The notes under the pieces were generated by a model. It had not been told where the DNA came from. It was given only the letters and a program-made list of their open reading frames with translations, and searched no databases. 64,000 nucleotides of DNA from Thermoplasmata archaeon (lineage in GTDB: Archaea; Thermoplasmatota; Thermoplasmata; Thermoplasmatales; Thermoplasmataceae): contig JAKBQY010000057.1 in the NCBI GenBank assembly GCA_021835025.1, forward strand, positions 61,358 through 125,357. Direction: 5' to 3'. The translations under genes and the position numbers were made by a program. This document shows, piece after piece, positions 51,686 through 60,876 of the stretch (position 1 is the stretch's first letter; each line of letters opens with the position of its first letter).

Positions 51686-52849
51686 TTATTTTGTTGTTTT
51701 GTTTTTTATTGAATTGTATCCATTCTCAAATATCATATTTATCCTGTTTACTTTTTCGTCAATTTTATTGATGTCATCGTAATTTATTTTTGCAGTGAAT
51801 GTATTAGTTCCGCCAGATTTTGTTATAAGAAAAACGGTGAAATCCAAATCACCCTTATTTGAATTGGCATAATCAATAATTTTATCCGACGGTACATCGG
51901 AATTAAGCGTTATGTTTAAAGGATAAATTTTATTCGTGTTTATATTTTCATATACGGCATTGTTTCCCATCAGGGCTATATTTGATTTAATATTCCAGTA
52001 AGATCTGTCCACAAGTATATTAACCTCAGATAATTTTTTATTTAATTCTGTAACCTCCTTAAATTTTAATAATACCAGAAAAACATTTGTTGTGCCCATT
52101 TTTTCATATAAATAAATTTCATTTTCTCTTCCAAAATCCGTGCTTTTAAAGGCATCTATTAATTTATCTGATGGAACATCGGCAAATGTTGTTATGTTTA
52201 CGGGATAAATATATGAATCCGATTCCGTTCTGAATTCAGTGATTACACTGTTTCCAAGCAATTGGGAGTTTGGTATGTATATAACGTTATTATCCTTTGT
52301 CAGCATTTTTGAAAACAATGTTTTTATATCAATAATTTTTCCCGTTGTATTTATGCTCCACGCCCATGAATTGATGTTTATAACCTCTCCATATTTCAAC
52401 GTTTTTGAAGATGTTACAAATACGCTTGATAATACATTTGATGCTACACTTTGCACTGCAAGGCCAAGAATTACGCCTCCAATTGCGCTTCCAGCCAAAA
52501 TACCTGTTATATTAACGTGGAATATAGACAGTACAAGGGCTATTAAAAGTATATACATTAAAATTCTTATAATCAAGGATATACCGTATAGTTCTCTTCT
52601 GGTTGTGGAGATCCTGAACTCGATATACCTCAATATGGATCTTGTAACCATTAAACCTATTATAAGTATAACAATAGCAACTGCCCCTTCCCTTATGTAT
52701 GGTTCAAATTTTATATAATTTGGTAAAAATGTTGATATGATATAACTAAGTAAAAATGCAATTATGAAGGTAGAAATAATACCCACTATTATTTCTGAGG
52801 CTATCTTTAAAAGTTCAAAATGTGTTTTTTTCTTCCTTTCATTTTCCAT
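51686..52849 (-). CDS. mscS: Small-conductance mechanosensitive channel with duplicated C-terminal domain
   Basis: TM3 motif GSAIGGVILGLAVQSVASNVLS, G.IIDI.TLFSK, IYIPNSQL. Confidence 0.88.
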   Translation of the reverse strand: MENERKKKTHFELLKIASEIIVGIISTFIIAFLLSYIISTFLPNYIKFEPYIREGAVAIVILIIGLMVTRSILRYIEFRISTTRRELYGISLIIRILMYILLIALVLSIFHVNITGILAGSAIGGVILGLAVQSVASNVLSSVFVTSSKTLKYGEVININSWAWSINTTGKIIDIKTLFSKMLTKDNNVIYIPNSQLLGNSVITEFRTESDSYIYPVNITTFADVPSDKLIDAFKSTDFGRENEIYLYEKMGTTNVFLVLLKFKEVTELNKKLSEVNILVDRSYWNIKSNIALMGNNAVYENINTNKIYPLNITLNSDVPSDKIIDYANSNKGDLDFTVFLITKSGGTNTFTAKINYDDINKIDEKVNRINMIFENGYNSIKNKTTK

Positions 52850-52851
52850 TA

Positions 52852-54180
52852 TTAGTCCTCCTTCTCTATTTTATCAAATCCAGTATATGGTATCAATACC
52901 TTCGGTATTTCTATATATCCCTCTCTCTGGTAATTTTCCATTATAGCCACCAGAATCCTTGTTGTTGCAATTGCCGTGCTATTCAATGTATGCACAAACT
53001 CATTCCTTGACCCTGAGCGGTATTTTATATTAAGTGATCTTGCCTGGTAATCGGTATCATTTGATGCAGAAACTATTTCCCTGAATTTCCCCTGTGACGG
53101 GTACCATGCCTCAATATCATATTTCTTTGCAGCCAAATTTCCAAGCTCGCCAGAACACACATTTACAACTCTGTATGGTATTTCAAGGCTTTTATATATA
53201 TCTTCAGAATTTTTAACAAGCTCATCAAAATAATCCCATGATAATTCAGGCTTGCAGAATATGAATTGTTCGATCTTATTGAACTGATGTACCCGGAATA
53301 TACCTTTTGTATCCTTACCGTGTGCTCCCGCTTCCTTTCTGAAACATGACGATACACCGCCAATTCTCAAAGGCAATTCATCATCATTCAATATTTCTCC
53401 AGAAAGCATTGAGGCTATTGGATGTTCTGCGGTGGCAATTAAATAAAGGTCTTCCCCCTCAATTTTATATAATGTATCCTTAAATGTTTCAATATCTGTT
53501 GCTCCGGCCATGGAAGCATAGTTTATCATGAATGGTGGTTCCACAATGGAAAAATTCCTCTGGGATAGAAAATCAACAGCATAATTGATCAGGGCAAGCT
53601 CAAGCTTGAATAACCTGTTTTTTATAAAATAAAATCTTGATCCTGCAATTTTACTTGCGCGATCCAGATCGACCAGGCCCAAATTATCCATTAAATCCAC
53701 ATGACTCAAAGGTTTATCGTAAATAACCTCACAATCTTCAGCATTGCCACTATTTTCCTTAAAATAAGCAAGATCGTCTTTAAATACCCTTGCTGTTCCG
53801 GAGTATCTTACAAGTTTATTATTTTCATCCCCTTTACACTCGGGAACGTCCCTGTAAAGAAGGTTTGGGATTAACCGGATTATTCTATCTCTTTCGTTTT
53901 CTATCTCATTTTGTTCGGAAGATAATTTTTCTATTGTCTTATTAAGGTCTATTACATCTTTTTTTAATTTATTGACATCATTGCCCTCCTTTATGTTCCT
54001 CGAAATTTCCATGGTTATTATATTTTTGTCATGCTTTATTTCATTGATTTTTTTAAGGTTTGACCTCCATTTATCATCAAGTACAAAAAATTCATCAAGA
54101 TATTTTATATCAAAACCTCTAGCTTTGCAGGAATCATAAAAAATTTTTCTATTTGACCTCAATAATTTTATATCTATCAT
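52852..54180 (-). CDS. serS: Seryl-tRNA synthetase
   Basis: MIDIKLLR, LIATAEHP, FRKEAGAHGKDTKGIFRVHQF, EIVSASN, HTLNSTAIAT.R. Confidence 0.97.
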   Translation of the reverse strand: MIDIKLLRSNRKIFYDSCKARGFDIKYLDEFFVLDDKWRSNLKKINEIKHDKNIITMEISRNIKEGNDVNKLKKDVIDLNKTIEKLSSEQNEIENERDRIIRLIPNLLYRDVPECKGDENNKLVRYSGTARVFKDDLAYFKENSGNAEDCEVIYDKPLSHVDLMDNLGLVDLDRASKIAGSRFYFIKNRLFKLELALINYAVDFLSQRNFSIVEPPFMINYASMAGATDIETFKDTLYKIEGEDLYLIATAEHPIASMLSGEILNDDELPLRIGGVSSCFRKEAGAHGKDTKGIFRVHQFNKIEQFIFCKPELSWDYFDELVKNSEDIYKSLEIPYRVVNVCSGELGNLAAKKYDIEAWYPSQGKFREIVSASNDTDYQARSLNIKYRSGSRNEFVHTLNSTAIATTRILVAIMENYQREGYIEIPKVLIPYTGFDKIEKED

Positions 54181-54314
54181 TATGCACCATTTTTTATCTT
54201 TAATTTCTGTTTGGTATTTTATTTTTATGTTGCAATTTTTATTTGAATTTTCATAAGCTTATTTTTCTGGTTGGATAACAATTAAATTTAATACTTTTAA
54301 TTTAATAAAGCTAT

Positions 54315-55259
54315 ATGAATGATATATTTCTTGACAAAAATGAGAATCCTTTTGATATTCCGGACAGCATAAAATATCAATTACTGGAATATATTAAAAA
54401 GACAAAACTAAACAGGTATCCTGAAAAAGGCCTTCCTATGCTTTTGGAAAAAATTGGGGATTTTCTTGGTGTAACTGGGGAGAATATTATCGCCGGTAAT
54501 GGCAGTGATGAATTATTAAGTTTGATTATAGGCGATGTAAGAGGGAATATTGTTATAAATACTCCAACATTCGAAATGTATTCATTTTATGCAAAAAATT
54601 TTGATTACAATACAATAAATATACCGCTCAATGATGATTTTTCCATAAATACTGATTCAATAATGTCAAAAAAAAATGCAAAATTGATAATCCTGTGCTC
54701 GCCAAATAATCCAACAGGAAATATTATAAAAAGATCGGATGTAGAAAAAATACTGGACATGAATATACCCACCGTCCTTGATAATGCATATTTTGAGTTT
54801 TCTGGAGAGGAGTATATTGACTTGATAGATGACTACGATAATTTAATTATTTTAAGGACATTTTCCAAGGCCTTCAGTATGGCTGGGCTCAGGGTGGGAT
54901 ATGGCATTGCCAACAAAAACCTGGCAAAAAAATTAAAGGAAAAGCAGTCACCTTTTTATCTGAACCTGCTTTCATCAAAAATGGCTGAAATCATGATTGA
55001 TAATTATTCAACGGTACAAGAACATTTAAGATATATTATAGATGAGAGAGAAAGGGTATACAGGCATATAAAGGAACTAGCTTATCCAAGTAGGGCAAAC
55101 TTTCTTCTATTGAAAAGGGATATTTACGACTACATGAGAAAAAATGGAGTGTATATCAGAAAGTTGCCTTTTATGGATAACAGTTCAAGATTAACAATAG
55201 GTAAAAGAGAAGAGAATGATATTGCCATAAAGCTTATTGAGGACTATATCCAGAGTTAA
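54315..55259 (+). CDS. hisC: Histidinol-phosphate aminotransferase family (class I/II PLP enzyme)
   Basis: LDKNENPF, GNGSDELL, PNNPTG, DNAYFEF, RTFSKAFSMAGLRVGY. Threonine-phosphate decarboxylase cannot be excluded. Confidence 0.78.
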   Translation: MNDIFLDKNENPFDIPDSIKYQLLEYIKKTKLNRYPEKGLPMLLEKIGDFLGVTGENIIAGNGSDELLSLIIGDVRGNIVINTPTFEMYSFYAKNFDYNTINIPLNDDFSINTDSIMSKKNAKLIILCSPNNPTGNIIKRSDVEKILDMNIPTVLDNAYFEFSGEEYIDLIDDYDNLIILRTFSKAFSMAGLRVGYGIANKNLAKKLKEKQSPFYLNLLSSKMAEIMIDNYSTVQEHLRYIIDERERVYRHIKELAYPSRANFLLLKRDIYDYMRKNGVYIRKLPFMDNSSRLTIGKREENDIAIKLIEDYIQS

Positions 55260-55403
55260 CCACAATATTATTATATTTGAAATTTTGCGTTTAAACTATG
55301 GCAAAAGTAAAACATTAGGATTTTCGTGAATTTTTTCTCTTAGACATCGTGAAATTCTGGGCGACCAAAGGACCTATATATTACGCTGCAATTACAGTGT
55401 AGT

Positions 55404-55714
55404 ATGACAAGAACCGTGAACAAGATAACAAGGAATGGGCATGCCTACTATACGGTAATTGACCAGAAGTGGGTAAATGGCAAGCTCGTCAGAAAATATG
55501 TTGGATACTTGGGCAAGAATCCAAAATCCAAGACGGAGATATCCATAGGCGACATGCTGCCATACATAACAAGACACATGAACTTGGAGTAACCGATGCC
55601 TAGATCCATGAAATACTGGGAAAGATGGGCATCAATGCCGACATCTCGCCAATAAGGAAGATAGTAATAGAGAACGACAGGAAACTGAAGAAGACATTCC
55701 TCAGGATAAAGTGA
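55404..55714 (+). pseudogene. Frameshifted IS-associated ORF remnant (IS1634/ISH3-like)
   Basis: NGHAYY.VI..KWVNGK.VRKYVGYLGK resembles IS N-terminal beta-domains; continues in another frame (IHEILGKMG...LKKTFLRIK*); local GC rise. Confidence 0.55.
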
Positions 55715-56025
55715 CCAGGATGAAACAGTGTTTCAAGACTAAACTTAAATTCCGTCTTTCCTTTTGTGGGCAATGGTACTGAGATGATCCGTGCCTATTT
55801 ACTGTTTGACCATGCATACAAAGAAATAACCATGGATGTTGCACACCCATCCTGAATAATCAAAGGATAAATCGGGCGGGAGCATGAGTTAGAAAAGAAC
55901 CCAGATAACATTCATTATAATTAACGATCTTTTGCCGTCATAGCGTTCAGACAAAAAACGATTTTTATCACAAATCTAAATAACAACAAGCAAAAAGATA
56001 TTATATTGTATTATATTTTATAATC

Positions 56026-56919
56026 ATGGAAGAAATTCTTCGAGAAAGAATTATGAAAATGAAAGATATGGTTTTTGAAAATTTAATGGCTTCTTTTTTG
56101 CCCTTTCCAATGGATACAAAATTATTTTCATCGTGGACATCATCTCTTTCTAAAAATAAAAAAACAGTAATATATACATCGTATATGTATCAAATATCGG
56201 GAATATTAAAAAAATATGAAAAATTATTCCCAAAAATTTACAGAATAAATATGCCGAAGAAGCTTATGGGCTTATCAAAATACATAATAAGGCCAGGCGA
56301 CAGTGAATTAAAAAGGTCATTTTACATAATTAATAATATAACCAATTTGTTAAAAAAAAGCAACATTGATTTTGGCTATCTCTATGAAAATGAACCGTAT
56401 TCTGGTGCTATATTGCTGGAATCGGGATTTCTGTATGAATTCAAAAAATATGGGGAAAAATTGATGAATTTTTTCCATGAAAATGGAATTGAGGAGTTAA
56501 TTACGATAGACCCACATACCACAAATGCCTTAAAAAGATTGCAGGAGCTTATAAATTTTGATATAAAGGTAGTGAATTATATTGAACTTGTAGATTTCAA
56601 GGGATCGGGTGAATTTGTTATTCATGATTCGTGCCTTTATTCAAGAGCGATGAATATGTATACAACAGTGAGAAAAAAGATAAATGAATCTGGCATAAAA
56701 CTTGACGAGAATTACCTCGTAACCAGCAAGGAAATGGGGATATGCTGTGGTGGTCCACTCTCGTTGATTTCTGATAAAGATAGTGAGGATATATCAAAAA
56801 TGAGGGCAGAAAGCCTCCTGAGTGTAAATGATAATGTCCTAATTATGTGTCCCCTGTGTTATGAGAATCTTTCACAGCATATAAGCAACATAAAGGACCT
56901 TGCGGAGGTTATTTCTTAA
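56026..56919 (+). CDS. CCG-domain Fe-S binding protein (LutA/GlpC-like)
   Basis: IDPHT, IHDSCLYSR, CCGGP, MCPLC; directly upstream of the lutB-like gene. Confidence 0.78.
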   Translation: MEEILRERIMKMKDMVFENLMASFLPFPMDTKLFSSWTSSLSKNKKTVIYTSYMYQISGILKKYEKLFPKIYRINMPKKLMGLSKYIIRPGDSELKRSFYIINNITNLLKKSNIDFGYLYENEPYSGAILLESGFLYEFKKYGEKLMNFFHENGIEELITIDPHTTNALKRLQELINFDIKVVNYIELVDFKGSGEFVIHDSCLYSRAMNMYTTVRKKINESGIKLDENYLVTSKEMGICCGGPLSLISDKDSEDISKMRAESLLSVNDNVLIMCPLCYENLSQHISNIKDLAEVIS

Positions 56920-56929
56920 GGGTGATTGA

Positions 56930-58063
56930 ATGGATTATGAATGGAACGTTTCATTAAATAAGGCAATACTTAACAATGCCCCGAAGGTGGATAAAATTTT
57001 AAGGGAAAATCCGTATATAAATGACATTGCAAAGGATTTAAGAGAGAGAAAACTTGAGGTGCTGGATAATATTGACACATATATAAAAAAGACAGGGGAG
57101 AGCGTTGAAAAAAATGGAGGAAATTTCCATATTGCAAGGAATTCGGCTGAAGCCATGGACATTGTTCGTAATATTATTGGAAACCGGACAAAGATAGTGC
57201 TTTCAAAATCAAATGTTCTTTATGAAATAAAATTACGGGAAGAACTTTCCAAGGAGGGCAAGGATATATGGGAAACCGATCTAGGGGAATATCTTGTCCA
57301 GATAAACAATGACATGCCAGCCCATCTGGTTGCACCTGCAATACATTTATCAAAAAAGAGAATATCGGAAATTTTGAATGAAAACCTTGACAATACAATA
57401 AATGAAAATACCTCAACGGAAGAAATGGTTAAAAGGGTAAGGGAATTTTTAATAAACAAATATTTATCAGCGGAAGTTGGTATTACCGGAGCAAATGCAA
57501 TATCAGCAGATACTGGATCCGTGTTGTTAATAGAAAACGAAGGAAATATTCGGATGGATACAGTACTGCCATCGATACATATAGCAATAACAGGCATTGA
57601 CAAGATCGTACCTACATTAAAGGACGCATTCAACGAGGTTATAGTCCAAGCAGCAAATGCTGGCTTTTATCCCCCAACATACGTTAATTTAACATCTGGC
57701 CCAAGTGCAACCGGCGATATTGAATTGCAAAAGGTAACTCCGGCAACTGGGCCAAAGGAATTTCATGTAATACTCATCGATAATGGGAGAAAAGAGGCGA
57801 TGAACTCCGATTTAAAGGAATCGTTGCTATGTATAAGGTGTGGTAGGTGCTATTTTTCATGTCCTGCTTACAGATTATATGGAAAGGAATTCGGCACAAG
57901 TCCATATACTGGCCCCACCGGAATTATGTGGTCAGCCATTGTATATAAGCAATATAATAAATCTGAACTGTGCATGCATTCCGGTGGATGCGGGGAGGTT
58001 TGTCCCATGCAAATTCCAATACCAAAAATAATAGAAAAAATTAAATTTAAATATACCGGATAA
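56930..58063 (+). CDS. lutB: LUD-domain iron-sulfur protein (lactate utilisation protein B-like)
   Basis: WETDLGEY.VQ, HLVAPAIH, GITGAN, ENEGN, CIRCGRCYFSCP, CMHSGGCGEVCP. Confidence 0.85.
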   Translation: MDYEWNVSLNKAILNNAPKVDKILRENPYINDIAKDLRERKLEVLDNIDTYIKKTGESVEKNGGNFHIARNSAEAMDIVRNIIGNRTKIVLSKSNVLYEIKLREELSKEGKDIWETDLGEYLVQINNDMPAHLVAPAIHLSKKRISEILNENLDNTINENTSTEEMVKRVREFLINKYLSAEVGITGANAISADTGSVLLIENEGNIRMDTVLPSIHIAITGIDKIVPTLKDAFNEVIVQAANAGFYPPTYVNLTSGPSATGDIELQKVTPATGPKEFHVILIDNGRKEAMNSDLKESLLCIRCGRCYFSCPAYRLYGKEFGTSPYTGPTGIMWSAIVYKQYNKSELCMHSGGCGEVCPMQIPIPKIIEKIKFKYTG

Positions 58064-58114
58064 TTAAAATTTTTATCCCGAAAAAATTTATTAAACTTTA
58101 CGGCATAAACTACA

Positions 58115-60475
58115 ATGAATGTTGAAAATTATGATATAAATCTGAATGTTGATTTTATAAATAAAAAATATACAGGCATTGAAAATATTAAAATTAAAGA
58201 ACCGCTTAAGATTCTGGAATTTGATTTAAATGAGATTGATATCATTAAAACAAAAATTGATAATGTTGATGTAAATTTTAATGTGGAAAATGATAAATTA
58301 AAAATAAATTATGATGGAAATAAAAAAGAAATAGTTGTATATATTGAATTTTCAACCACAAATGATAATGGGCTCAGGGGATTTTATATAGCAGGAACCA
58401 AGGATGATTATATACTCTCAACACAGTTTGAGGAATCAGATGCCAGAAGGGCATTTCCATGCATAGACAACCCTTCTTATAAGGCAACTTTTGACCTCCA
58501 GCTTTCTATTGATACTAATTTAAATGCTATTTCCAATATGCCCATAAAGCATGAGATAATTGAGAATAATAAAAAAATAGTTTCATTCGAACAGACACCT
58601 GTAATGTCCACTTATTTATTGTATATAGGTGTTGGCCAGTTTGATGAAATGCCTGCAATTTTCGGGCAGAAGAAAATATTTTTGGCGGCAAAAAAAGGAA
58701 GTCTTAATTCAACCGAATTCCCACTCGATATGGCAAAAAAATCTCTTGAATATTTGCAGAATTATACAAATATAGAATATATGCTCCCCAAGCTTCATTT
58801 AATTGCAGTTCCTGAATTTGCTGCGGGTGCAATGGAAAACTGGGGAGCGATAACATTCAGGGAAATTCTTCTTAACATTAATGATTCATCCACAAGCAGG
58901 AGTTACAGGAGAGTTGCAGAAGTCATAACCCATGAACTTGTGCACCAATGGTTTGGTGACCTGGTAACAATGAAATGGTGGAATGATTTGTGGCTGAATG
59001 AGAGCTTTGCAACATTCTTTGCATTTAAAACAGTAAATGAAACAATGCCGGAATGGGATTTTTATGGAGAGTTTCTTCTGGATCAGACCGATGGCGCATA
59101 TACAATGGATTCGCTTGTAAATTCTCATCCGATAAATGTAAATGTTGGTGATTTGAACGTTTCACAGTTGTCATATGAAATAAGATATGGCAAGGGATCA
59201 AATATATTGAGGATGATAGAGGCATATGTTGGCAATAATAAGTTTATGGAATCCTTAAGAAATTATTTAAAAAAATTTTCATATTCCAATGCAGCAGGCG
59301 CCGACCTCTGGAATTCAATAGAAGACGAATCAAGAAAAAATATTCCAGAAATAATGGGGCAATGGGTATCCTCCACCGGGTATCCATATATTGAGGCAAA
59401 ACGTGAAGAAAACAAATTAAAACTTACACAGCACAGATTTCTATTTTTAAAAAATGATGATATGATCTGGAAAATTCCGGTATTTGTAAATAAATTCAGC
59501 CAGGAGGAAACTATACTCATGCAGGACAAATCAATTGCCCTTGAAGGTGATATACTTTCTCTGAATTACAACCACTTTGGCTTTTACAGGGTTCTTTATG
59601 ACAGATACCTGTTCGAGAATATATCAAGGAATCTTGACAAAATAACCTCATATGAAAAATGGGGTATTGTGAATGATCTGTATGCATTCATGCTTTCGGG
59701 AAAAATAGATTTGACGGAGTACATAAGAAGGATTGAAATATTTTATCGTTTAAATGATACAATGATAATTGAAGAAATATCGAAACAGTTATTCAATATG
59801 TATAATCTCACGGGCAAGCAGTATTATAAAGATATTGCATCATTTTACATAAAGGATAAAATAGAATACATAGAAAACAATAAAATTAATGATGCAAATT
59901 ATAAAATTGTTTTATCGGCACTTTATACAAGAATTTCGTATATTGATAATGACTTTAGGAAAAAAATCGTTTCAAAATACAGTAGTTACAGCACATTGGA
60001 CCCTGATTTCAGGCAGTCCTATTTAATAGCAAAGGTGCTTGGCGGCAACGATCTTGAGTATATAACAAAAATAATAACAGAATCAAAAAACGATGAGGAC
60101 AAAACAAAGGCTATTGTTGCCCTTGGGAGCATAACCGGAGAGGACAATTATAGAAAAATTATGAATTTAATTGAATCAGGGAATGTGAAAAAACAAGATG
60201 CGGATACGGTTTTTGTTTCCATGGCAAATAACATGAATTCAAGAAAATATATAGTTGACAATATAGAAAATATTGTAAATACAATGTTCAAGCTGAAATT
60301 GAGCAATTTGAGAATAAACCGCTGTGTACAGAATATGATAGGAAATGCTGGGATCGTGGCCCCCGAAAAAATGAGGGCAAAAGCCAGAGAGTTAACATCT
60401 AACCAGATAGAGGGGGGAGTTAAAAAAGGACTTGAATTCCTTGATGTTTATGAAAACCTTCTGAATAAAGCATAA
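58115..60475 (+). CDS. M1 aminopeptidase, tricorn protease-interacting factor F2/F3 type
   Basis: TQFEESDARRAFPC, GAMENWG, HELVHQWFGDLVT..WW..LWLNE, YGKG. Confidence 0.93.
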   Translation: MNVENYDINLNVDFINKKYTGIENIKIKEPLKILEFDLNEIDIIKTKIDNVDVNFNVENDKLKINYDGNKKEIVVYIEFSTTNDNGLRGFYIAGTKDDYILSTQFEESDARRAFPCIDNPSYKATFDLQLSIDTNLNAISNMPIKHEIIENNKKIVSFEQTPVMSTYLLYIGVGQFDEMPAIFGQKKIFLAAKKGSLNSTEFPLDMAKKSLEYLQNYTNIEYMLPKLHLIAVPEFAAGAMENWGAITFREILLNINDSSTSRSYRRVAEVITHELVHQWFGDLVTMKWWNDLWLNESFATFFAFKTVNETMPEWDFYGEFLLDQTDGAYTMDSLVNSHPINVNVGDLNVSQLSYEIRYGKGSNILRMIEAYVGNNKFMESLRNYLKKFSYSNAAGADLWNSIEDESRKNIPEIMGQWVSSTGYPYIEAKREENKLKLTQHRFLFLKNDDMIWKIPVFVNKFSQEETILMQDKSIALEGDILSLNYNHFGFYRVLYDRYLFENISRNLDKITSYEKWGIVNDLYAFMLSGKIDLTEYIRRIEIFYRLNDTMIIEEISKQLFNMYNLTGKQYYKDIASFYIKDKIEYIENNKINDANYKIVLSALYTRISYIDNDFRKKIVSKYSSYSTLDPDFRQSYLIAKVLGGNDLEYITKIITESKNDEDKTKAIVALGSITGEDNYRKIMNLIESGNVKKQDADTVFVSMANNMNSRKYIVDNIENIVNTMFKLKLSNLRINRCVQNMIGNAGIVAPEKMRAKARELTSNQIEGGVKKGLEFLDVYENLLNKA

Positions 60476-60508
60476 AATGTTATTTATCCCCATATAATAT
60501 TTTTTTAT

Positions 60509-60871
60509 CACAGTGAGCGGGAAAACCCACACCATTTATGGGTGGGACGAAAGCATACAAGTTTGGGTTGTACCCATCTTCAGAGCAGGAAATAAAGCTA
60601 AACGACCAGATAGAACTATGTAGAGAACTGTATAACTCATTCCTTATTGAAAGGAGATACGCATATAAAGGAAATAACATATCCTTGAATTACACTCATC
60701 GGGCAAATGAGATACCTGAACTGAAGCATGTTTTTAAAGAGTACAAGGATATTCATTCCCAAGTAGTGCAGGATGTTGCACAGAGAGTAAACCGTGCATA
60801 TAAGAACTTTTTCAGAAGGATCGGGGAGAAGAAGCAGGAAGCCCACGGTTTTAATCGTGGGAGGATGTCAC
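60509..60871 (+). mobile_element. 363-bp internally deleted IS605/IS1341-type element
   Basis: Preceded by TTTAT; left hairpin at 60526-60546; right hairpin at 60842-60861; ends in TCAC; ends shared with the 35910 element. Confidence 0.88.
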
Positions 60872-60876
60872 AATGA
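60538..60876 (+). pseudogene. tnpB: TnpB N-terminal fragment fused to its extreme C-terminal tail (RuvC and Zn finger deleted)
   Basis: KAYKF.LYP..EQ...CRELYN and IHSQVVQDV..R...AYKNFFR joined directly to KQEAHGF.RGRMS. Confidence 0.88.
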
